In this document: in pieces, positions 20,587 through 27,869 of the stretch | Layout of the letters: each line of letters starts with the position of its first letter | Numbering within the stretch: position 1 is the stretch's first letter | Source: Syntrophaceae bacterium | Lineage (GTDB): Bacteria; Desulfobacterota; Syntrophia; Syntrophales; UBA5619 | Length of the DNA stretch: 38,499 nt | Reading direction: 5' to 3' | NCBI GenBank assembly: GCA_023249795.1 | Contig: JAHFBU010000001.1 | Coordinates: 1 to 38,499, forward strand | Program-made: the position numbers and the translations under genes | Notes under the pieces: model-generated | The model's input: the letters and a program-made list of their open reading frames with translations, nothing else | Database searches by the model: none | What the model was told of the DNA's origin: nothing

Positions 20587-21744
20587 ATGAAAACATTTTC
20601 TTTTACGGGCGCCAAAAAGATCGTATTCGGAAACGGAAGCTTCGCCGGACTGGCGGAGCACCTCGCGGAGCTGAAGGTCAGTCGGCCGCTGGTCGTTCTC
20701 GACGGGAACCTGGCCGGGGCCGGTTTTGGAGCGAAGGTATCCGCCCTCATGGAGAAGGCGAAGATCGGCTTTGTCCTCTTTGACAAGGCGGCGCCGGAGC
20801 CGCCCATTGAACTGGCCAATGAGGGGACCAAACTTGCACTGACGAAGAAATGCGACGGGATTGTCGGAATCGGCGGCGGGAGCGCAATGGACCTTGCCAA
20901 GGCGATTGCCGTCCTTGCGGGGAATCGCGGGAAAGCTGAGGATTATCTTGGGCTGAACAAGGTACCCGGTCCGGGGCTCCCGAAGATCATGGTTCCGACA
21001 ACCTCCGGGACGGGGAGTGAGGTGACTTTCACGGCCGTCTTCATCCGGAAGAAACTCAAAAAGAAGGAGGGGATGAACAGCCCCTATCTCTATCCGGAAT
21101 TGGCGTTGCTCGATCCTGAGCTGACGCTGACCCTTCCGCCCCATCCGACGGCGGCGACGGGAATCGACGCCCTCTGCCACGCGATCGAATCATACACCTC
21201 GGTCAACGCCTCACCCATGAGCGAAGTAATGTCTTTGGAGGCGATCCGCCTCATCTCCGACAACCTGCGGACAGCCGTCCACGATGGGACGAATATCGAG
21301 GCGAGAGAAGCGATGCTTCTGGGAAGCCTCTATGCCGGGCTCGGTCTTGCCAATGCGGGCGTGACGGCGGTCCACTCCCTTTCCTACCCGCTCGGTGGAA
21401 AATACGGGGTCTCCCACGGCCTGGCCAATACGATCATGCTTCCGCGGGTGATGACGTTCAATCTTTCGGGAGCACGGGAAAAGTTTGTCGATATCGCGGA
21501 AATTATGGGAGAGATTGTCGATGATATGCCCATCCGGGAGGCAGCTTATCTGGCGGTGGAGGCGGTGGAGGACCTGATCGAGGACTGCGGCATCTTCACG
21601 ACGCTCGAGGAGCTGGGCATCCCGCAGGAGGATTTCGACGAGCTCGCGAAAGCGGCGATGACGGTCGCCCGACCCCTGGCCAACAACCCCTGCAAGATGA
21701 CCCTGGAGGATATGGTAGAGATTTATCAGGAGTGCTATTCATAA
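20587..21744 (+). CDS. Iron-containing (group III) alcohol dehydrogenase family oxidoreductase; KdnB-like by context
   Basis: 385 aa with the Fe-ADH motifs GIGGGSAMDLAKA and His-rich metal ligands (IDALCHAIESY, AVHSLSYPLG). RBS GGAGAA. Confidence 0.9.
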   Translation: MKTFSFTGAKKIVFGNGSFAGLAEHLAELKVSRPLVVLDGNLAGAGFGAKVSALMEKAKIGFVLFDKAAPEPPIELANEGTKLALTKKCDGIVGIGGGSAMDLAKAIAVLAGNRGKAEDYLGLNKVPGPGLPKIMVPTTSGTGSEVTFTAVFIRKKLKKKEGMNSPYLYPELALLDPELTLTLPPHPTAATGIDALCHAIESYTSVNASPMSEVMSLEAIRLISDNLRTAVHDGTNIEAREAMLLGSLYAGLGLANAGVTAVHSLSYPLGGKYGVSHGLANTIMLPRVMTFNLSGAREKFVDIAEIMGEIVDDMPIREAAYLAVEAVEDLIEDCGIFTTLEELGIPQEDFDELAKAAMTVARPLANNPCKMTLEDMVEIYQECYS

Positions 21745-21809
21745 AACATGAAAATGGAGACACGATGCGGCATCATGTCCCCATTTTCCGGACAAAGGAG
21801 AAAAAGGTT

Positions 21810-23006
21810 ATGGCCGGTGCGGAAGTGATTGGTAAGGAAGAGATCAGGGAGGTCATGGAGGTCCTGAAAACAGGCGTCTTTGCAAGATACGCCTTCGACA
21901 AGGAACGGCAGGGGATCTGGAAGGTTCGGGATTTCGAGAGGGCCTTCGCGAAGTATTGCGGGACGCCGTATGCTTTAGGCGTGACCTCGGGATCGTCGGC
22001 CCTCAAGGTCGCGCTCACGGCGCTCGACGTGGGGCCCGGCGATGAGGTGATCTGCCCCGCCTTCACATTCATGGCCACCTACGAGGCGGTTCTTGAGGTC
22101 GGCGGCATCCCCGTCATGGCGGACATCGACGATACCCTGAACCTCGATCCCGATTATATTCCCAACAAGATCACGCCGCGCACCAAGGCGGTCATACCCG
22201 TCCACATGTGCGGGGCGCCCGCGCGGATGGACAAGATTCTGAAGGTGGCCAAAAAACACAAACTCTTCGTCCTTGAAGATACCGCCCAGGGACTGGGGGC
22301 GAGCTTCAAGGGGAAGATGCTCGGCTCGCTGGGCCACATGGGTACCTTCAGCTTCGACCACTACAAGACGATCACGACCGGCGAGGGAGGCATGGTCATC
22401 ACCAATGACCTCAACCTCTACCACCGCGCCGAATGGTATCACGATCACGGCCACGATCACGTCTCCACCGTTAGCCGGGCGCTCGACGGACGGACGATTC
22501 TCGGCTTCAATTACCGAATGAACGAGTTTCAGGGGGCGATCGGCCTGGCCCAACTGGGAAAACTCAACCGGGTGATCGCCGCGCAGCGGAAGAACCAGGC
22601 GGCCGTTATGGAGATGCTCTCCGTGGTTCCGAAGATCAAGTTCCGCGGGATGGCCGACCCGGAAGGGGATTCGGCGACCTTCCTCGCCTTCAACCTGCCC
22701 CATGCGGAGCAGACGAAGGCCTTTCAGAATGCTCTCAAGGAGGAAGGTCTCGACACGGTCTGTTTCAAGGAGAATTTCTGGCACTACCTTCCCAACTGGG
22801 AACATTTCCTGGCGAAGTCAACAGCCCAGACGAAGAATCCTTTTACGGATAAACGCAACGGGAAAGTAAACTACAACCGCAAGGCGATTCCGAACGCGGA
22901 AGATCTTCTCGGCCGGACACTGGTCATGGGGATCTCGGTGAAGATGCCTGCGGCCAGGATGAAGGCGATGCGCAAGGCGATCACGAACGCGGCAAAAGTG
23001 CTGTAG
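21810..23006 (+). CDS. DegT/DnrJ/EryC1/StrS-family PLP-dependent sugar aminotransferase; KdnA-like by context
   Basis: About 398 aa from MAGAEVIGKEE. RBS AAGGAG lies upstream of the ATG at 21810; the track ORF starts at 21732. The PLP-lysine context is SFDHYKTITTGEGGMV. Confidence 0.9.
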   Translation: MAGAEVIGKEEIREVMEVLKTGVFARYAFDKERQGIWKVRDFERAFAKYCGTPYALGVTSGSSALKVALTALDVGPGDEVICPAFTFMATYEAVLEVGGIPVMADIDDTLNLDPDYIPNKITPRTKAVIPVHMCGAPARMDKILKVAKKHKLFVLEDTAQGLGASFKGKMLGSLGHMGTFSFDHYKTITTGEGGMVITNDLNLYHRAEWYHDHGHDHVSTVSRALDGRTILGFNYRMNEFQGAIGLAQLGKLNRVIAAQRKNQAAVMEMLSVVPKIKFRGMADPEGDSATFLAFNLPHAEQTKAFQNALKEEGLDTVCFKENFWHYLPNWEHFLAKSTAQTKNPFTDKRNGKVNYNRKAIPNAEDLLGRTLVMGISVKMPAARMKAMRKAITNAAKVL

Positions 23007-23015
23007 GAGATCAAT

Positions 23016-23984
23016 ATGATCGTTGTTACCGGCGGGGCCGGGTTCATCGGAAGTGCCTTCGTTGCGAAACTCAATGCCGAGGGGATCGGCGACATCATCA
23101 TCGTCGACGAATTGGGGACAGACGAGAAGTGGAAGAACCTTGTCAAACGCCGCTACACGGACTATCTCCACAAGGAGACCTTTCTCTCCATGGTGGAGGC
23201 GGACGAGGTTCCTTTTCCCGTTGAGGCCATCATCCACATGGGGGCCTGCTCCTCGACGACGGAACGGGACGCCGACTACCTCATTGAAAACAACTTCCAT
23301 TACACCTGCTGTCTTGCGGAATGGACGCTTGCCCAGGAGATACGGTTTATTTACGCGAGTTCCGCGGCGACCTACGGCGACGGCGCACAGGGTTTCTCCG
23401 ACGAGGATGATACAACCCGCAGCCTGCGGCCGATCAATATGTACGGCTACTCGAAGCAGCTCTTCGACCTGAAGGTGCTGCGCGAAGGGATAGCGGACAA
23501 AGTTGCCGGGATCAAATTCTTCAACGTTTTTGGCCCGAACGAGTATCACAAGGGCGACATGACCAGCGTGATCTTCAAGGCATTCCATCAGATCCGTGAG
23601 ACGGGAAAGGTGCGCCTCTTCAAATCGTACAAGCCGGAATACAGCGACGGCGGTCAGATGCGTGATTTCGTGTATGTCAAGGACTGCGTCGAGATCCTCT
23701 GGTGGCTTCTGAACCACAAGGAAGCGAACGGGATCTTCAACCTCGGGACGGGACGGGCGCGGACCTGGAACGACCTGATCGGTTTGGTCTTCACCGCGAT
23801 GAACCTGTCGCCGGCCATCGATTACATTGAGATCCCGGAGGCAATCCGGGGACAGTACCAGTATTTTACCGAGGCGAAAATGGACAAACTTAGGGCCGCC
23901 GGTTGCCCGGTCGTCTTTGCTCCGCTGGAGGAAACGGTCGCGGATTACGTGATGCACCTGATTGCGGCCGATCGCTATTTGTAG
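23016..23984 (+). CDS. hldD: ADP-L-glycero-D-manno-heptose 6-epimerase
   Basis: 322 aa with the Rossmann motif MIVVTGGAGFIGS, the catalytic YGYSK, and overall HldD/RfaD-like sequence (FFNVFGPNEYHKG). RBS AGGAG. Confidence 0.92.
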   Translation: MIVVTGGAGFIGSAFVAKLNAEGIGDIIIVDELGTDEKWKNLVKRRYTDYLHKETFLSMVEADEVPFPVEAIIHMGACSSTTERDADYLIENNFHYTCCLAEWTLAQEIRFIYASSAATYGDGAQGFSDEDDTTRSLRPINMYGYSKQLFDLKVLREGIADKVAGIKFFNVFGPNEYHKGDMTSVIFKAFHQIRETGKVRLFKSYKPEYSDGGQMRDFVYVKDCVEILWWLLNHKEANGIFNLGTGRARTWNDLIGLVFTAMNLSPAIDYIEIPEAIRGQYQYFTEAKMDKLRAAGCPVVFAPLEETVADYVMHLIAADRYL

Positions 23985-24095
23985 AGGTTGTCAGTCCCGC
24001 GAAAGCGGGAAGCCAGTTTAAAAAAGTTCCGGACCCCGGCGGACGCCGGGGTGACAAGCGGCATTGAATTAAATTGTTTCCGTTAGAGGGTAACA

Positions 24096-24845
24096 ATGCC
24101 CGTCCATGTTGTCTGCATCATCCCGTCGCGTTACGAATCAAGCCGCTTTCCAGGAAAGCCGCTCGCCGAGCTCTGCGGAAAGCCGATGATCCGGCACGTC
24201 TATGAGCGGGTCCTGCGGGCGCGGTGCGTCTCATCCGTGGCCGTGGCCACGGATGACGAGCGGATCTTCCAGGCGGTCCGGGCCTTCGGCGGCCGGGCGG
24301 TGATGACTTCCGCGCAACATCGTTCGGGCACGGACCGGATCGCTGAGGCGGTCGAGACGATGGGGCTGCGGAACGAGGACATCGTTGTCAACATCCAGGG
24401 GGACCAGCCGCTCTTCGAACCGGCGCAGGTGGACGAGGTCGTGCAGCCGCTCCTGGACGATTTGACGATTCCCATGTCCACGTTGATCTACCGGATTGTC
24501 CGCGACGAAGAGATCACCCATCCGAACGCGGTCAAGACCGTCTTCGACCGTGACCAGTTCGCCCTCTACTTCTCCCGCGCCACGATTCCTTTTGTCCGAG
24601 ACCGGGGGAACAAGGCCGAATACTTCAAACACCACGGGATCTACGCCTACCGTCGCGGTTTCCTGCGCACCTTTATCTCGCTGCCCGAGGGGGTGCTGGA
24701 GCGGCTGGAGGCGCTCGAACAGCTCCGAGCTATCGAGCACGGCCACCGGATCAAGGTGGTCATCACGCCGCACGACTCCGTCGAGGTGGACACGCCCCAG
24801 GAGTTGGAGCGCGTCCGCAGACTGATGACAGGCGAGGAAACCTGA
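24096..24845 (+). CDS. kdsB: 3-deoxy-manno-octulosonate cytidylyltransferase (CMP-Kdo synthetase)
   Basis: 249 aa with IIPSRYESSRFPGKPL, VNIQGDQPL and HHGIYAYRRGFL, all typical of KdsB. Confidence 0.93.
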   Translation: MPVHVVCIIPSRYESSRFPGKPLAELCGKPMIRHVYERVLRARCVSSVAVATDDERIFQAVRAFGGRAVMTSAQHRSGTDRIAEAVETMGLRNEDIVVNIQGDQPLFEPAQVDEVVQPLLDDLTIPMSTLIYRIVRDEEITHPNAVKTVFDRDQFALYFSRATIPFVRDRGNKAEYFKHHGIYAYRRGFLRTFISLPEGVLERLEALEQLRAIEHGHRIKVVITPHDSVEVDTPQELERVRRLMTGEET

Positions 24846-24858
24846 AACAGGAGCGCAG

Positions 24859-25803
24859 ATGATCGACGTCGAGTATCTGAATAAAATCAGACTGGTTTCC
24901 CGGCCGCTCGGCCAGAAGATCGTTGCGAATTTTCTGCTTCTGCCCAACTACCGCATCTTTCAGAGGGTGGACATCCGGATCGAGAACATCGAACGGATTC
25001 CCCGCGGTGAGAGCGTGATCTTCGCCATGAACCACACCGACCGGTTCAACTACTGGCCCTTTCAGTACAAGCTCTTCAAGGCGCGAGAGTTCCCGTTCAC
25101 GACGGTCTGGGTGAAGGCCAAATACTACAAGAATGCCTTCCTTGCGAAGGGACTGGATTTCTGCAACCTCATCCCCGTGCCGTCGATGGGATATCTCATC
25201 GAGGAGTATTACCGGAAGATGTTCAACCGCAAGATGGACAAGGGTCTCTACCGCGCGGTCAAGGACATGATCGAAGGCCGTCTCGCGGATGGCGGGCCGC
25301 AGGAGCGGGCCGCCATCGAGACGCTCCAGTCGATGGGCGAACAGTTTGCGGAGTTCATCAGGACGCAATACGAGGGGGTCATGGAGAAGGTTGCGGAAGT
25401 GAGCCGCGCGGCCCTCTGCGAGCAGAAGCTCAATGTGATCATCTTTCCGGAGGGAACCCGCTCCGTGAAGCTGGCCGAGGGCCGGACCGGCCTTGCCCAA
25501 CTCGCCCTGCATACGGAAAAGCGGATCGTCCCCGTCGCCTGCAACAACTCCGAAGAGGTGTATCGGGGGAGCCTCCCCTTTGCGCGGAGCGGCCGGATCA
25601 CCTACCGGATCGGCGAGCCGCTTTCCGTGCACGATCAGCTCAAGCCCTTCCGGATCGGCGAGCCGTTCCGCCTCCTCTCTCGGGAATCGCAGCAGCGCTA
25701 CCGGGAGCAGTTCGAGGGTGTGACTCAGGTCGTCATGGAGAGCATCGACCGGATGCTCGACGAAAAATACCGCCGGGGCTGCGCTGCGACATCCCCAGTC
25801 TGA
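24859..25803 (+). CDS. Lysophospholipid/PlsC-superfamily acyltransferase
   Basis: 314 aa with MNHTDRFN (an H-x4 motif variant) and IIFPEGTRS. RBS AGGAG lies 5 nt upstream. It follows kdsB after 13 nt. Confidence 0.75.
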   Translation: MIDVEYLNKIRLVSRPLGQKIVANFLLLPNYRIFQRVDIRIENIERIPRGESVIFAMNHTDRFNYWPFQYKLFKAREFPFTTVWVKAKYYKNAFLAKGLDFCNLIPVPSMGYLIEEYYRKMFNRKMDKGLYRAVKDMIEGRLADGGPQERAAIETLQSMGEQFAEFIRTQYEGVMEKVAEVSRAALCEQKLNVIIFPEGTRSVKLAEGRTGLAQLALHTEKRIVPVACNNSEEVYRGSLPFARSGRITYRIGEPLSVHDQLKPFRIGEPFRLLSRESQQRYREQFEGVTQVVMESIDRMLDEKYRRGCAATSPV

Positions 25804-25956
25804 TCGAGACCCGTTGCCATTGCCATTGTGATGGGCATGGGCATCCGGAAATACGTGGAGCGTTTTGCCGGCGAGGCCATTCCCTGGAGGCGAGGATTAT
25901 CGCCACCGTGGACTCCTTCAGAGCAGGGCGGACTCCCGGGATACAAGACGACCGTT

Positions 25957-26011
25957 GCCGGTTTCGTAAGCAAACCGGCGTTCCGGGGACACCTTGCGGC
26001 AAGGTGTCCCC
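25957..26011. terminator. Two tandem GC-rich hairpins between the convergent acyltransferase and ilvC genes
   Basis: GCCGGTTT (25957-25964) pairs with AAACCGGC (25972-25979). GGGGACACCTTGC (25985-25997) pairs with GCAAGGTGTCCCC (25999-26011). Neither has a strong U-run. Confidence 0.45.
25985..26011. repeat. Palindrome copy 1: ACACCTTGC-N-GCAAGGTGT core, 3' of ilvC
   Basis: GGGGACACCTTGCGGCAAGGTGTCCCC. It shares the 9-1-9 core with 27171-27193. Confidence 0.7.
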
Positions 26012-26030
26012 GCATGTCCCCGCCGAGTTG

Positions 26031-27083
26031 TTAGCGCTTCCGGTTTTCCGGACGTAGGGCGCGGACGGCGGCGCCGGCCTGCCACAGCTCCGTGTTCCGC
26101 ATCGTTTCCAACTCCGCGTTGAGCTTCTGGCGGTAGTCGGGGGCGTTGTTCACCGACAGGACGATCCGCGTCTCCTCGCCGGAACGGACACTCTCGTAGA
26201 GCTTTTCAAAGACCGGTGCGACGGCGTCGCGGAAGGGTCCCTTCCAGTCCAGCGCTCCTCGCTGGGCGGTTGTGCTGCAGTTGGCATACATCCAGTCCAT
26301 CCCGTTCTCCGCGACGAGACGGATGAGGCTCTGCGTCAGCTCCTCCACCGTTTCATTGAAGGCCTCGCTCGGGCTGTGGCCGTTTTTCCTGAGCACGTTG
26401 TACTGCGCCTCCATGACGCCGGCCAGGGCGCCCATCAGGATTCCGCGCTCGCCCGTGAGGTCGCTGAACACCTCCTTCTCGAAAGTAGTCGGGAAGAGGT
26501 AGCCCGAACCGATGGCCATGCCGAGAGCAATGGTCTTCTCGGTCGCCTTCCCTGATGCGTCCTGGAAGATTGCGTAACTGGAATTGAGTCCGCTCCCGTC
26601 GAGAAAGTTGGTGCGCAGCGAGCGTCCCGAACCCTTGGGGGCGACGAGGACGACGTCGATGTCCGGAGGCGGAATCACGCCGGTCTGCTCCCGGTAGGTG
26701 ATCGAGAAGCCGTGTGAAAAATAGAGGGTCTTTCCCTTCGTGAGGTAGGGTTTGATCGTCGGCCACATCTGTGTTTGGCCGGCATCGGAAAGCAGGTATT
26801 CGATAATCGTTCCCCGCTTCGCCGCCTCTTCGATGGGGAAGAGGGTCTCCCCGGGAACGAAGCCGTCCTCGACGGCCTTCTTCCACGTGGCGCCTCCTTC
26901 GCGCTGTCCGACGATCACATGGATGCCGTTGTCGCGCAGGTTGAGCGCCTGCCCCGGTCCCTGCACGCCATAGCCGAGCACCGCAACTGTCTCGCCCTTC
27001 AGCACTTCCTGCGCCCGGCTCAATGGAAATTCATCGGACGTCACCACATCTTCCCACACCCCGCCGAAATTGATTTTTGCCAT
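26031..27083 (-). CDS. ilvC: Ketol-acid reductoisomerase
   Basis: 350 aa from MAKINFGG. A perfect RBS AAGGAG lies 5 nt upstream of the ATG at 27083; the track ORF runs to 27161. Contains the NADP Rossmann motif AVLGYGVQGPGQALNL and KARI C-terminal knotted-domain motifs. Confidence 0.95.
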   Translation of the reverse strand: MAKINFGGVWEDVVTSDEFPLSRAQEVLKGETVAVLGYGVQGPGQALNLRDNGIHVIVGQREGGATWKKAVEDGFVPGETLFPIEEAAKRGTIIEYLLSDAGQTQMWPTIKPYLTKGKTLYFSHGFSITYREQTGVIPPPDIDVVLVAPKGSGRSLRTNFLDGSGLNSSYAIFQDASGKATEKTIALGMAIGSGYLFPTTFEKEVFSDLTGERGILMGALAGVMEAQYNVLRKNGHSPSEAFNETVEELTQSLIRLVAENGMDWMYANCSTTAQRGALDWKGPFRDAVAPVFEKLYESVRSGEETRIVLSVNNAPDYRQKLNAELETMRNTELWQAGAAVRALRPENRKR

Positions 27084-27170
27084 GATATTCTCCTTTGTTG
27101 ATATGAACGGGGCCTGTGTGCATCGGCCCCGGGAAAAGGGGTCGCCCGACCCCGTCTTCATTCATTCCGA

Positions 27171-27193
27171 GAACACCTTGCTGCAAGGTGTTC
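27171..27193. repeat. Palindrome copy 2: ACACCTTGC-N-GCAAGGTGT core, in the ilvN-ilvC spacer
   Basis: GAACACCTTGCTGCAAGGTGTTC. Confidence 0.7.
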
Positions 27194-27214
27194 CCGCTGT
27201 ACGCGACTGGAATC

Positions 27215-27709
27215 CTATCCCTCCCGCTTCTGGCGGAAGACGGCTATCGCGCCGGTTCTATTCATCTCCTCCACGCCGAAAGGTTCAAAATATTTCAGGA
27301 TCGCCGCCGTCTTGTCCTTGTTTGCCGTGATCTCCAGAATCAGGTGGTCCTCGCTCATCGTGACTACCCGGCAGCCGAAGAGGTCGACCGCCCGGAGGAC
27401 CTCCCGGCGGTTCTCCACCGTGAGCAGGAGGCTGACGAGCATCAGTTCCCGCTGCACTGAAGGGGCGCCGGTGAAATCCGTGACGGAGATGATGTCCACG
27501 AGCTTGTCGAGCTGCTTTTTGATCTTCTCCGTAAAGTCGCTCTCCGCCCGGCTGGTCAGCGTAATCCGGGAGACTTCCGGGTTGATCGTCTCGGCGACGC
27601 AGAGACTTCGGATATTGTAACCGCGACTGCTGAAGACGCCGGCAATCCGCGAGAGAACCCCCGGCTGGTTGTTCACGAGCATCGAGATGGTGCGTTCCTC
27701 AATAGCCAT
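27215..27709 (-). CDS. ilvN: Acetolactate synthase small (regulatory) subunit
   Basis: 164 aa from MAIEERTISMLVNNQPGVLSRIAGVFSSRGYNI (ACT domain). The track ORF's N-terminal extension to 27772 is not supported. Confidence 0.93.
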   Translation of the reverse strand: MAIEERTISMLVNNQPGVLSRIAGVFSSRGYNIRSLCVAETINPEVSRITLTSRAESDFTEKIKKQLDKLVDIISVTDFTGAPSVQRELMLVSLLLTVENRREVLRAVDLFGCRVVTMSEDHLILEITANKDKTAAILKYFEPFGVEEMNRTGAIAVFRQKREG

Positions 27710-27869
27710 ATTCCTTATTCCTTTCTTTTCCCTTCGCTTCGATGGGTCCAAGGACTTCGCCGAAGGGCGCATCGGAGATTTCTCGGTTCACCGTGCTGCC
27801 GCGGAGGAGGAGAACGGCCGGAAATATACGGCACCCGGGTGAAGGGCATGGACCACTCATTCTACCATT

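Noticed and set aside
22818-23957. 379-aa minus-strand ORF over the aminotransferase/hldD genes, and similar antisense ORFs at 21975-22805, 24231-24947 and 24763-25632
   Set aside because: In each case the opposite strand encodes a well-recognised protein (DegT family, HldD, KdsB, acyltransferase). These ORFs have no motifs and show antisense-type composition.
25811-25845. (GCCATT)2-GTG-(ATGGGC)2 quasi-palindrome after the acyltransferase stop
   Set aside because: Arm pairing is poor, with only 8 of 12 positions pairing when checked by hand. It is probably coincidental micro-repeats.
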